DNA of 62,046 nt, counting the filler, from Nitrospinae bacterium RIFCSPLOWO2_12_FULL_45_22 (GTDB lineage Bacteria; 2-12-FULL-45-22), in NCBI GenBank assembly GCA_001803565.1. It is 5 parts of 5 records of this genome, joined end to end, with 100 filler letters (N's around TTAATTAATTAA, not from the genome) between each part and the next. Parts side by side here need not be neighbours in the genome. Positions count along the whole stretch, not along the records: positions 1 to 29,804 come from MHDQ01000092.1; 4 more parts are not named here. One strand, written 5' to 3'. Positions 1-9,990 of the stretch are shown here, one piece after another. The position numbers and the translations under genes were made by a program. The notes under the pieces are model-generated. The model saw only the letters and a list, made by a program, of their open reading frames with translations, searched no databases and was not told where the DNA came from. Each line of letters starts with the position of its first letter. Within the stretch, counting starts at the first letter, position 1.

Positions 1-87
1 ATCGAAGAGAACGATTATAACATTTATCTCTTCAAGGTTTTCGCCAAGTGCTGGACAGTCACAAAAATTTATAAGAGGGGGGAGGAA

Positions 88-1341
88 ATGCTTAAAGATA
101 AGAGTTTGATTTTGGGAGGTTTCATCATATTCTTATTCTTAGGGATTATTCTGGCTAGTTTGCCCATAGAAGCCCAGCCACAGAGGGAAAGACCGCCAAG
201 ATTGAGTGCCGGGCCCCTGATTATCCATCCCCACTTTAGAGTGGATGAATCGTACGATGAAAATATCTTTTCCACCGAAAGTAACGAAGTAGACGATTTA
301 CTATCACGAATCAGCCCGGGCATACGGTTTGTTCTCCCTTATCACAACCATCGCATGGATCTGAATTATGACTTTACCGGTCTCTTTTACCGTAAGAACA
401 CAAAACTTGACAACCCTCTTCACAATTTGAGAGGATCAGCCGCGCTAGTGTTCTCTCCCCGCTTTTCGGTATCTTTAAATGAGAGGTTTTTAAGCTCAGT
501 CCATACCCGGGAGGCCGAGGAATTTGGGGAACGACTGGAGATAGATGAACGCTTCAAAAGAAATGATTTTTCCGCCCTGGCACGGATTGAGCACGGCCGC
601 CGGCTCTTTACAGAAGTGGGTTATTCCGGAAATGTCCTCATGTACAAGAATGACCAGCGAGCCTTTTTGGACAACTATTACAAGAATGCATTTTCTTTTG
701 CCTTCGGTTATATGACGACTCCCAGGACTGATATATTTGGCCAGTACGTCTTTGTCTATGAAAATTATACTGATATTGATCCGGGCAGTAGAGACGATCA
801 AAAAGATAATATCCAGAATATCTTTTTCCTGGGCATGAAGGGGGAAATAACCCCCCGGACTACCGGTATAATACAGTTCGGGATGGGGACAGCCGATTAT
901 CGTGGGGGAGAAGATTGGATCAATTTTGCCGTAAATGTTGATATTAGCCATCACCTGACCAGGCTCGCTACCTTGGATTTAAAATTAAGAAGGGGGGCGA
1001 TGGAGACCGGTTTTTCCACCAATAATAACTTCACTGCCACTGGGGGTGATCTGGACCTTACCTACAGATTGACCAGGAATCTTTCTATCTCTCTGGGTGC
1101 TACCTATCAGATAAATGAATATCCGAATGAGTCAACCATGTCCCGTGGGCCGGGAATATCATTAGATAGACAGAGGAGGGATGAACTCACCTATTTGAGG
1201 TCCAGGCTAACTTACAGAATACTGGATTGGTTCTCCGTAGCACTCCACTATAATTTAAATAGCAGGAACTCCAATTTTAATTTCAATAGCGCTAATCACT
1301 CCAGGAATGTCATCGGGATAAGATTCAATATAGAGATATAA
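88..1341 (+). CDS. Outer-membrane beta-barrel protein of exopolysaccharide export (BBP2/VpsM-like)
   Basis: Signal peptide, alternating amphipathic beta-strand pattern throughout, terminal strand VIGIRFNIEI; first gene before wza/wzc-like genes; SD GGAGG before ATG. Confidence 0.8.
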   Translation: MLKDKSLILGGFIIFLFLGIILASLPIEAQPQRERPPRLSAGPLIIHPHFRVDESYDENIFSTESNEVDDLLSRISPGIRFVLPYHNHRMDLNYDFTGLFYRKNTKLDNPLHNLRGSAALVFSPRFSVSLNERFLSSVHTREAEEFGERLEIDERFKRNDFSALARIEHGRRLFTEVGYSGNVLMYKNDQRAFLDNYYKNAFSFAFGYMTTPRTDIFGQYVFVYENYTDIDPGSRDDQKDNIQNIFFLGMKGEITPRTTGIIQFGMGTADYRGGEDWINFAVNVDISHHLTRLATLDLKLRRGAMETGFSTNNNFTATGGDLDLTYRLTRNLSISLGATYQINEYPNESTMSRGPGISLDRQRRDELTYLRSRLTYRILDWFSVALHYNLNSRNSNFNFNSANHSRNVIGIRFNIEI

Positions 1342-1359
1342 AAATTTATGGGTTGGTAG

Positions 1360-2265
1360 GTGACAAAGGTGCGCGGGAAAATTTTCATATTAGCCATGTT
1401 AATAGGGTTCTTTCTAGGGATTAACTTTATTTCCCATCTTGAAGCACAGGAAGCCTCTCCTAACAAAGAAACGCCTGAGTATCGCATAGGACCAAAAGAT
1501 ATCCTGGATATCTCAGTTTATGGACACGATGATCTTATCCGGACCATCCCGGTAACCCAGGAAGGTAAGATTGCTTTTCCTCTGATAGGAGAGGTGAAAG
1601 TAGCAGGTTTAACTACCAAAGAGGCAGCCGATAAGTTGGCTTATCTCTTAGAAAAAGATTATATCTATAATCCCCAGGTGACTGTTATTGTTAAAGAATA
1701 TGTGAGTCAAAAAGTGTCTATTTTGGGCGATATAGTAAAACCCGGTCCCTACTATCTAAAAAAACCTACCCGGCTAAGCGAGATTATATCCGAGGCAGGA
1801 GGGATCAAATCCGGCAACAAAAAGGGCAGAAAGATTATTATTCAACGGGGCGGGACGGAAAAAGCAAAGGGTCCGGAGAAAAAGGAGGGAAAGAATAGTT
1901 CTCAAAATACTATTACCCTGGACATGGCAAAGCTTCTGGTGGAAGGTGACACTAGAAGTGATATATTTTTACAAAATGACGATCAGATATATATCCCTGA
2001 CCCCAATATATTTTTTGTCTTTGGTGAGGTGAAAACCCCTGGCTCTTATATGATAGGCGATGATTATACCATTGTGAAGGCCATTACTGCCGCTGGCGGG
2101 TTCAATGAGTGGGCGGATACCAAAAAAGTAACTATCCTTCGGGAACAGGAAGGGAAAGAGGCCAAGATCCTGGTCAATGTGGATAAAGCGCTGAAAGGTG
2201 ATAGAAAAGAAGACATTCCTATTTTACCTAATGACGTTATAACTGTTCCTGCCCGTTTCTTCTAA
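1360..2265 (+). CDS. wza: Polysaccharide biosynthesis/export protein (OPX; Poly_export plus SLBB domains)
   Basis: EYRIGPKDILDISVYG, GKIAFPLIGEV and two SLBB repeats (GDIVKPG, GEVKTPG); short form lacking the C-terminal helix, consistent with a partner beta-barrel. Confidence 0.88.
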   Translation: MTKVRGKIFILAMLIGFFLGINFISHLEAQEASPNKETPEYRIGPKDILDISVYGHDDLIRTIPVTQEGKIAFPLIGEVKVAGLTTKEAADKLAYLLEKDYIYNPQVTVIVKEYVSQKVSILGDIVKPGPYYLKKPTRLSEIISEAGGIKSGNKKGRKIIIQRGGTEKAKGPEKKEGKNSSQNTITLDMAKLLVEGDTRSDIFLQNDDQIYIPDPNIFFVFGEVKTPGSYMIGDDYTIVKAITAAGGFNEWADTKKVTILREQEGKEAKILVNVDKALKGDRKEDIPILPNDVITVPARFF

Positions 2266-2273
2266 CCTGATAG

Positions 2274-2426
2274 AACCGCCAAGGCACAAAGATTGACCAG
2301 AGAAGATGAACTATCAAACCAATCCAGAATCAAGTTCAGGATGACATTATTATTGGGGGCTGCTATCGAGGTTCTTCTTGATGGACAATCTTGTGAAACC
2401 TTTGCGATCTTAGCGTCTTTGCGGTT
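2274..2426 (+). repeat. Inverted-repeat element enclosing a GxxExxY gene remnant and a REP-like insert
   Basis: AACCGCCAAGGCACAAAGAT (2274-2293) vs ATCTTAGCGTCTTTGCGGTT (2407-2426), 16/20 complementary; the interior translates as EDELSNQ...GAAIEV, like the N-terminus of GxxExxY proteins. Confidence 0.6.
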
Positions 2427-2451
2427 AATTTAACTGAAAAAGGGTTTTGTA

Positions 2452-5193
2452 ATGACGGAAAAAGAAGAATTTAATTTTAAGGATTACCTAAGAATAATAA
2501 GTATGCGGAGATGGATGATCATCCTCCCGGTAGTCATATTGACTGTTTTAGTGGGGGTAGGATCAGCATTACAAACACCGTATTTTAAGGCTACGGTTAC
2601 CCTATTGATAGAGAAAGAAGAGCCGGAGATAATCAATATTAAAGAGGTATTAAATCCGGATACTAAAACCGCTGATTACTATGAGACCCAGTTTAACCTC
2701 CTTAAAAGTCGTTCTATGGCAGAAAGAGTGGTAGATGCCCTAGGGTTAGATAAGTTATCTTCTTCCACAGAAAAGCAAGAACCGTTAATTATGCGAGTAA
2801 TAAAGACCCTGATTAAATTGCCCCGTAGGTCCCTGCAAGGAGTGAAAGGACTCATAAAAAACGTCCTTGGAATGGAAGAAGATAAGGGCTATCAGAAACC
2901 CTACCGGCTGATGGTCACCGAAAAAGTACAAGCATCTATTGAAATAGAACCGATGCCCGAAACCAGATTAGTAAAGGTCAGTATGTGGTCAGACAACCCG
3001 GTTGCCTCTGCTAAAATGGCGAATACCCTGGGAGAGGCCTATATAGATAATAATCTAGAAATACGCCTCAATGCTGCCCTCCAGGCCGTGGACTGGCTAT
3101 CTAAAGAAGAGACCAGGCTAGGTAAAGAAGTGGAAGGGGCAGAGCTTGCCTTACAAAATTTTAAAGAAGAAAGAAAGATCGTGGGGATAGAAGAAAACGC
3201 AAATATAGTGGTGCAGAAGCTGGCAGAGCTCAGTTCTAAATATACCGAGGCCAAGACCCAAAGATTGGAGATGGAGACCCGGATCAATGAATTAAAAAAC
3301 CTATCCAATAAATCCCTCTCAAGAGAGTCCTTCCCGGATGTAATAAATAATCCTTTGATCAAGACCCTAAAAGAAGATTATGTAAAACTTGAGACTGAGT
3401 ATTCTCGTCTCTCGAGGCTTTATAAACCCAAACATCCCCAAATGGTTCAGTTGTTCTCGCAGAAAAGAGAATTGTCTGCCCGGATAAGTGGTGAAGTACA
3501 AAAGATAATAAACAGTATCCATGCTGAATATAATGTGTTACTGGCCAGAGAAAAGGCACTGAAGGATGCCCTGGAGGAACAAAAGAAAGAGTCTCTCCAG
3601 TTGAACCGGGATGAAATAATATACGGGGTCTTGAAGCGGGAAGTGGATAGCAAAATGCAGTTGTACAATATTATATCAGGTAGACTGAAGGAAACTAATG
3701 TGACCAAGGGTTTAGAGACGAATAATGTAAAAGTAATCGATGAAGCAGTAATTCCCACTAGACCTGAATTACCCAAGACCAAAAGAAATATCTTTCTTGC
3801 TCTAGTCTGTGGATTAGCCTTAGGCTTTGGTTTTGCCTTCCTCTCAGAACATCTGGATGACCGATTGAGGAACCCTGATGATGTAGAACGTATACTGGGG
3901 TTGACATTCCTTGGATTTATCCCGGCATATAAGCCTCTGGAAGGGAATAATAAGCAGGGGTTGACCCTCCTGGATGATTTAGAACCGGCTTTTGCTGATG
4001 CCTATGGTAGTCTTATGGTCTTTATCCAGTTCTTTGCCGATAGTAACGGACTGCGGACATTATTGGTAACCAGTGCCATACCCGAGGAAGGCAAATCGAC
4101 TACGGTATCCAATCTGGCTATCTCCTTTGCCAGAATTGGGAAAAGGGTATTACTTATAGATGCTGACCTGAGGCGCCCGACAATTAGTAAAATCTTTCAG
4201 TTAGATAACAGCACGGGCTTGAGAGATGTCCTGGCCGGGACAAAGCATTGGAGTTCGGTAGTGAAAGACACCCCGATTGAAAACCTGAAGGTAATGCCTA
4301 GCGGTGCAGTTCCCCATAACTCAACCGAACTCATTGGGTCTCAAGGGATGAAAGATTTAATAATGGAGATTAAAGATAATTTTGATCTAATATTAATAGA
4401 TAGCCCGATTACTGTTTCTACCCCGGATACGCCGATCTTAGCCTCGTTGACTGATGGGGTTCTCCTGGTCTATTCACCTACCCAATGCCCTGGAAGTATG
4501 CTGAAGCAGGCCAAGAAGCTATTGACGAGCAGCAAGGCCAACCTGTTAGGTGTTGCCTATAACAAGGTAGATGTCAAGAGAGAAGGTTACTATTATCACC
4601 AATACTATTATTATGACTACCGGGGTGAGGGGGAAAAGAAATCTGCTAGGGCATCTTCTTTCAAGGAAAAGGAAAAGAGGCCTGTTACTGAAAAGCGCCC
4701 CAGTAAGGTTGAATATATTGATCCGGGGCCAGCAAGAATTAGTGAAACAACCTGCGCTAACGACATGAGAATACTCATTAGCAAAAAGGATTTCACAAAT
4801 ACAATAGGGTCTTTAAATCTGCAAGATGGCGAGCGTTTTCTCATCCTCCATGTGACCTTATCTAACCAGTCTAATTCCAGTATAGTATTTGATCCAGAGA
4901 CCAGCTTTATCTCTTCGGATAGGATAGATAATAGCGGATACGGTATGGCTATAACGAAACTATATGGGACAGAGAAAAAATCAAATAGCGAGGCATTATT
5001 TGACCCTGAAGATCATATCTATCCCTTTGATTCTGATGCTGCCAGTCAACTTCCCTTGGGTATAAGCAAGAGAAGGGAAATACAAGCTCAGGGTATAGAC
5101 AAAGGGCTATTAACTTATCGTGTTAAAAAAGGATACCAAACCCTCCTCTTTAATTATCATGACGAAAGGCAAAAAATTACGATTCCTCTTTGA
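2452..5193 (+). CDS. wzc: Polysaccharide co-polymerase / tyrosine autokinase (Wzc/GumC family) with an extra C-terminal domain
   Basis: Two TM helices flanking coiled coils, Walker A SAIPEEGKST, LLIDADLRRP, LILIDSP, tyrosine cluster YYYHQYYYYDY, then about 190 additional residues. Confidence 0.92.
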   Translation: MTEKEEFNFKDYLRIISMRRWMIILPVVILTVLVGVGSALQTPYFKATVTLLIEKEEPEIINIKEVLNPDTKTADYYETQFNLLKSRSMAERVVDALGLDKLSSSTEKQEPLIMRVIKTLIKLPRRSLQGVKGLIKNVLGMEEDKGYQKPYRLMVTEKVQASIEIEPMPETRLVKVSMWSDNPVASAKMANTLGEAYIDNNLEIRLNAALQAVDWLSKEETRLGKEVEGAELALQNFKEERKIVGIEENANIVVQKLAELSSKYTEAKTQRLEMETRINELKNLSNKSLSRESFPDVINNPLIKTLKEDYVKLETEYSRLSRLYKPKHPQMVQLFSQKRELSARISGEVQKIINSIHAEYNVLLAREKALKDALEEQKKESLQLNRDEIIYGVLKREVDSKMQLYNIISGRLKETNVTKGLETNNVKVIDEAVIPTRPELPKTKRNIFLALVCGLALGFGFAFLSEHLDDRLRNPDDVERILGLTFLGFIPAYKPLEGNNKQGLTLLDDLEPAFADAYGSLMVFIQFFADSNGLRTLLVTSAIPEEGKSTTVSNLAISFARIGKRVLLIDADLRRPTISKIFQLDNSTGLRDVLAGTKHWSSVVKDTPIENLKVMPSGAVPHNSTELIGSQGMKDLIMEIKDNFDLILIDSPITVSTPDTPILASLTDGVLLVYSPTQCPGSMLKQAKKLLTSSKANLLGVAYNKVDVKREGYYYHQYYYYDYRGEGEKKSARASSFKEKEKRPVTEKRPSKVEYIDPGPARISETTCANDMRILISKKDFTNTIGSLNLQDGERFLILHVTLSNQSNSSIVFDPETSFISSDRIDNSGYGMAITKLYGTEKKSNSEALFDPEDHIYPFDSDAASQLPLGISKRREIQAQGIDKGLLTYRVKKGYQTLLFNYHDERQKITIPL

Positions 5194-5301
5194 TGTCGTT
5201 TGAGCCATCCGAAAAGCCCTTTGCCTCATCGTTGCACTTTTGGAGAGCTAAATTTTATTCCTTGGCGCTATCCTAACCAAGAAATCTAATGAGGTGTTTA
5301 G

Positions 5302-6495
5302 ATGCAAATCTTGATGATTGCCCCGCAGCCTTTCTTTCGGCCCAGGGGGACGCCCTTCAGCATATTGTGGCGAATAAAGGCATTAGCTTCTCTAGGATAT
5401 CAAATTGACCTTTTGACCTATCATTTAGGACAGAATATAGAACTGGATGGAGTTAGGATTTTTCGGACTCCAAAAATACCCTTCATAAAAGATGTGCAGA
5501 TAGGTCCTTCCTGGACCAAAATCTTTTTGGACCTGTTTATCTTGATGAAAGCAATTTTTATGCTCTTAAAGAAGAGATATGATGTTATCCATTCCCACGA
5601 AGAGGCGGGCTTTATATCTATTATACTGGCAGCTATCTTTAAAACCAAACATGTTTATGATATGCACTCCAGCCTTCCTCAGCAACTAAAAAACTTTGAA
5701 CGCTTTAATTGCCGAATCTTTTATAAATTGTTTAAGATGCTGGAAAAAATGACTATAAATAAAAGTGATGCCATAATAACGATCTGCCCTGATTTGCAGG
5801 ATTATGTTTCTGCAATAAATAACAAGAAATTCCACATATTGATAGAAAACACACCTGACAATGGTATTCGTATAGATGATTCCGCTATAGCTCTTTCTCG
5901 GCTGAGGGAAAAATTCTTTCTGAATGATAAACTCATGATTTTGTATACCGGAACGTTTGAACCATACCAGGGTTTAGAATTGCTCGTGGATGCCATACCT
6001 TTAGTCGTTAAAGAATGCCCAGGGAAAGTTGTATTTGTCTTAGTCGGGGGCACATCAAGCCAGATATCTAGTTTAAGAGAAAGGGCTATAAGAAATCGGG
6101 TAGAAAAATATATATTATTTACTGGAACTATCCCGCCCGAAGAAATTCCCTATTATCTTAAATTAGCACATATTTTAGTATCACCTCGCATCGAAGGGAC
6201 GAATACTCCCTTAAAAATATATTCTTATTTGCAATCAGGTAAACCAATCGTTGCTACTAATCTATATACGCACACCCAGGTATTGAACCGGGATGTTGCT
6301 CTCCTGGTTGAACCCACCATAGACGCCTTTGCACAGGGGATTATTCGCTTATTAAGGGATTCCGCATTAAGTAATAAACTGACCCGCAATGCAGCCCAGC
6401 TTAGCCAAGAAAAATATAGTTATGCCGAGTACTTAAAACGAACAGAACAAATCTACTCCTACTTACAGACTAAGTACCTCTCGTCAAAATTATAA
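5302..6495 (+). CDS. Glycosyltransferase family 4
   Basis: GT-B fold motifs YTGTFEPYQG, SPRIEGTNTPLKIYSYLQSGKPIV. Confidence 0.9.
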   Translation: MQILMIAPQPFFRPRGTPFSILWRIKALASLGYQIDLLTYHLGQNIELDGVRIFRTPKIPFIKDVQIGPSWTKIFLDLFILMKAIFMLLKKRYDVIHSHEEAGFISIILAAIFKTKHVYDMHSSLPQQLKNFERFNCRIFYKLFKMLEKMTINKSDAIITICPDLQDYVSAINNKKFHILIENTPDNGIRIDDSAIALSRLREKFFLNDKLMILYTGTFEPYQGLELLVDAIPLVVKECPGKVVFVLVGGTSSQISSLRERAIRNRVEKYILFTGTIPPEEIPYYLKLAHILVSPRIEGTNTPLKIYSYLQSGKPIVATNLYTHTQVLNRDVALLVEPTIDAFAQGIIRLLRDSALSNKLTRNAAQLSQEKYSYAEYLKRTEQIYSYLQTKYLSSKL

Positions 6496-6522
6496 GGGCA
6501 GAAGAATATAATCGGTATTTCC

Positions 6523-7356
6523 ATGATACTCGTCGATGCACACGTCCACATTTATAGCTGTTTTGATTTGCAAATTTTCTTTGATGCAGCTTTCGAGAAT
6601 TTCCAAGAAGAAGCGGTGCGAAACGGACAAGGGAATGGCTTTGCGGCTGTTTTGCTTTTAGCCGATTGGTCAGGGCAAAACTGGTTCCAACGTTTGGTTC
6701 ATAATTGCGATGATGGTTGTGGAACAGGAAGCAAAGCCATTGGAAACTGGACTTTTCACCGCACGGATGAAAGCGGTTCTTTATATCTGCAAAGGCGCGA
6801 TGGCAAAGGTCTCTTGTTGATTTCCGGATGCAAAATTATTACCGCAGAAAACCTGGAGGTTTTGGCCCTTGCCACCGAGAGAGTTTTTGAGGAGGGTACA
6901 TCGTTGGAAGAGGCAATCCAAACCATTAAGGAAAACGGTGCTATCCCGGTGATTCCGTGGGCGGCGGGCAAATGGATGGGACGGCGAGGGAAAATTTTGG
7001 AAAATTTGCTAGAATCAGCTAAGGTATCCGATTTTTTCCTCTGCGATAATAGAAACCGCCCTGTATTTTGGCCCCGTCCATATCATTTTAAGCTGGCAGA
7101 AAAAAGAGGGATCCGAGTCCTTTCGGGGAGTGACCCATTGAATTTTGCCTCCGAAGCCTGCCGTGTAGGTAGTTTTGGGTTCTCAGTCCAGGGACCTATT
7201 AATCATAAGCAGCCCATAAAGGATCTGAGGCAGATTCTTCTGGATCGAACAACAACCTTTGAATTATATGGCCACTTAGAGAATCCCTATTGGTTTTTTC
7301 GGAATCAGTTAGGAATTCAGATTTTGAAGAGAAGGCGGAAGAAGGGACTAGTATAG
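6523..7356 (+). CDS. PHP-domain metal-dependent phosphoesterase-like protein
   Basis: N-terminal DAHVH and late GSD motif typical of PHP TIM barrels. Confidence 0.6.
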   Translation: MILVDAHVHIYSCFDLQIFFDAAFENFQEEAVRNGQGNGFAAVLLLADWSGQNWFQRLVHNCDDGCGTGSKAIGNWTFHRTDESGSLYLQRRDGKGLLLISGCKIITAENLEVLALATERVFEEGTSLEEAIQTIKENGAIPVIPWAAGKWMGRRGKILENLLESAKVSDFFLCDNRNRPVFWPRPYHFKLAEKRGIRVLSGSDPLNFASEACRVGSFGFSVQGPINHKQPIKDLRQILLDRTTTFELYGHLENPYWFFRNQLGIQILKRRRKKGLV

Positions 7357-8898
7357 ATGGCAGAAATTACTCGAAAACCGGCACTAGCAGCTAAAGATAC
7401 CTACGATTTGATCATCATAGGAGGCGGAATTTATGGTGCCATGCTAGCCTTAGAGGCAATCCGGAGAGGATTGTATCCTCTTTTGGTCGAGCGCGATGAT
7501 TTCGGAGAATTCACCAGTAGCAACAGTTTACGAATCATTCACGGGGGGGTTCGCTATCTTCAGAGCTTGGATCTTTATCGCTTACGGAAATCAATTGCCG
7601 AACGTCGCTGGTTTTTGCAGAACTTCCCAAACTTGGTAGAACCATTACCCTGTCTCATGCCACTTTATGGAAAAGGATTACGGCGTCCATTCCTTTTGCG
7701 TATGGGCTTATTGGCCTATGAGTTTCTTTCCTACAAACCTAACCAAGGTGTTCGTTCAGATCGGCATATTCTGCCCGGACGAATCATTGACGCCACTCAA
7801 ACACGGGAGATTTTCAGCGATGTGGATACCGAAGGCCTGCAAGGTGGTGCGATTTGGTACGACGCCTTTATGCCGGATTCCCAACGCGTACTCATGGAAA
7901 TACTGCGTTGGGCCTGCAATTACGGGGCAACAGCCTTGAATTATGTTGAGGCCGTGCAACTGTTGAAAGATAAGAAAGGTATCGCCGGCATAATAGCAAT
8001 TGATCATGAAAGTGGGCAATACCATGAATTTAGAACTAATGTAGTGGTCAATGCTTGCGGTCCCTGGTGTCGAGATATTGCCGCACGCTTCGACCGGGAC
8101 GAACCAACTTTGTTTAGAAGCATGATGGCATGGAATGTACTTTTTAATAGAAAAGCCCTTGTCGACTATGGATTGGCAGTTACACCAAAAAGTAAGGGTG
8201 GGCGGACCTATTTCCTTGTTCCCTGGAAAGGGATGCTACTCGCAGGGACAGGACATGCCCCTTGGCTTAGTTCAGAAAAGAAACCGATACCGTCATCTGA
8301 ACAAATTCAGAAATTCCTTGATGATCTGAATTATGCGGTACCTGCTCTCGGGGTCTGTCAAAATGATATTCTTCGTATCTTTCCGGGACTCCAGTCAGCA
8401 GCGAAAGCAGGCGGTACCGAATTTGCCGTTCGCGACGTTATTCTTAACCATGTAAATCATGGCGGTCCCAATGGCCTGTACAGCATCTCAGGTGTAAAAT
8501 TTACGACAGCGCGTCTGGTGGCTGAAAAGACGTTAAACCAAATTTATCCTGAAAGGAAAATCTCTGAAGATGTTAGAAGGATAACCCCTAGGCCATCGTC
8601 ATATGCACAAAACGGGCGTGGGATTTATCCCTTTGACTGGTATCCTGTTGCTAATGACTCAAAATGGAAAGAATCTTTGCGCTCTCTTATCGCAGAAGAG
8701 TCTGTCCAACATCTCGACGATTTGATTCTTCGCCGTACCAGTCTCGGTGACAATCCTGTGAGAGCGCTAAAAATAGGACGTCTTACGGGTGATCTTTTCG
8801 AATGGGATGATTTACGTTTTAGCAAAGAAATAGCAAGGCTTAAAGAAAAGTTGGGCGGAGGTAAGGTCAAAGTGTCATACATAAAAGAGGAATGCTAA
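7357..8898 (+). CDS. FAD-dependent glycerol-3-phosphate dehydrogenase/oxidase-like protein
   Basis: IIGGGIYG, TSSNSLRIIHGGVRYL, VVNACGPW, SGVKFTTAR, LDDLILRRT match GlpD-family motifs. Confidence 0.85.
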   Translation: MAEITRKPALAAKDTYDLIIIGGGIYGAMLALEAIRRGLYPLLVERDDFGEFTSSNSLRIIHGGVRYLQSLDLYRLRKSIAERRWFLQNFPNLVEPLPCLMPLYGKGLRRPFLLRMGLLAYEFLSYKPNQGVRSDRHILPGRIIDATQTREIFSDVDTEGLQGGAIWYDAFMPDSQRVLMEILRWACNYGATALNYVEAVQLLKDKKGIAGIIAIDHESGQYHEFRTNVVVNACGPWCRDIAARFDRDEPTLFRSMMAWNVLFNRKALVDYGLAVTPKSKGGRTYFLVPWKGMLLAGTGHAPWLSSEKKPIPSSEQIQKFLDDLNYAVPALGVCQNDILRIFPGLQSAAKAGGTEFAVRDVILNHVNHGGPNGLYSISGVKFTTARLVAEKTLNQIYPERKISEDVRRITPRPSSYAQNGRGIYPFDWYPVANDSKWKESLRSLIAEESVQHLDDLILRRTSLGDNPVRALKIGRLTGDLFEWDDLRFSKEIARLKEKLGGGKVKVSYIKEEC

Positions 8899-8949
8899 TT
8901 ATTCAGTCAAATATTGGTAGGGACAAGGAGTAAAAGGGAGAGATTGAAT

Positions 8950-9933
8950 ATGAAGATATTAGTAACAGGTGGCACAGGCTTTACAGGGGCTGCTCTGGTT
9001 TTACGATTACTGAAATCAGGACATCAGGTAAGGTCCCTCGACTATCAGGAGGGAATATGTTTTGACGAATTACGCAAAGCAGGGGCAGAGCTCATTATAG
9101 GTAGTATCGCCGACTGGCACACGGTTGATCGTTCCATGGAGGGTATTGAGTTTGTGTTTCATCTAGCAGCAGCATTCCGTGAACTCAACGTTCCTAATAA
9201 ATACTATCGGGATGTTAATGTAGGCGGCACCAGAAACGTGATGGAGTCAGCCAAAAAACATCATATCAAGAAGGTAGTCTATTGCAGCACCCAAGGGGTG
9301 CATGGCCACATCAACAATCCCCCGGGCGATGAAAACTCCCCGATCGCCCCAGAGGATTATTACCAACAAACAAAATATGAAGGAGAGGTAGTAGTACGTG
9401 AGTACATTAAGGAAGGAGCAAATGCCACTATTATTAGACCCACTGCCATATATGGTCCTGGTGATCCCGGACGGTTTCTCATGATCTTTAAGCGGGTAAA
9501 GAAAGGGCATTTCCCCATGTTTGGACTTGGAGAAACCTTCTATCATCCTGTTTACATAGACAATTTAGTTGATGCTTTCGTTCTCACCATGAAACCGGAC
9601 AGGGGGAAGGGAGAGGTATATATCATTGCCGATGAAGAATATCTGACCATTAAAACTTTAGTGGAAAAGGTCGGAAATGCTATGAATACGCCGGTTAAAA
9701 TTAATCACTACCCGATGCTACCCGTAGTCATTGCTGGGCATATTGTGGAAAAAGTCTGTAAACCATTTGGGATTACCCCTCCTATTTTTCCTCGGAGAGT
9801 CGATTGGTACAGGCAGAACCGGGCTTTTAAGATTAATCGGGCGAAGAACGACTTGGGTTATAACCCTAAAATAGGGATAGACGAAGGCTTAAGAATAACC
9901 GCACAGTGGTATAGAGAAAAGGGATACTTATAA
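8950..9933 (+). CDS. NAD-dependent epimerase/dehydratase (extended SDR)
   Basis: TGGTGFTG, VFHLAA, YQQTK (YxxxK), RPTAIYGPGD; ATG 8950 preferred over TTG 8914. Confidence 0.9.
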   Translation: MKILVTGGTGFTGAALVLRLLKSGHQVRSLDYQEGICFDELRKAGAELIIGSIADWHTVDRSMEGIEFVFHLAAAFRELNVPNKYYRDVNVGGTRNVMESAKKHHIKKVVYCSTQGVHGHINNPPGDENSPIAPEDYYQQTKYEGEVVVREYIKEGANATIIRPTAIYGPGDPGRFLMIFKRVKKGHFPMFGLGETFYHPVYIDNLVDAFVLTMKPDRGKGEVYIIADEEYLTIKTLVEKVGNAMNTPVKINHYPMLPVVIAGHIVEKVCKPFGITPPIFPRRVDWYRQNRAFKINRAKNDLGYNPKIGIDEGLRITAQWYREKGYL

Positions 9934-9990
9934 TATATACCTGATTTTAGCTATAGTTAACCACCAAACAAAATTGAAAGGCAATAAATC

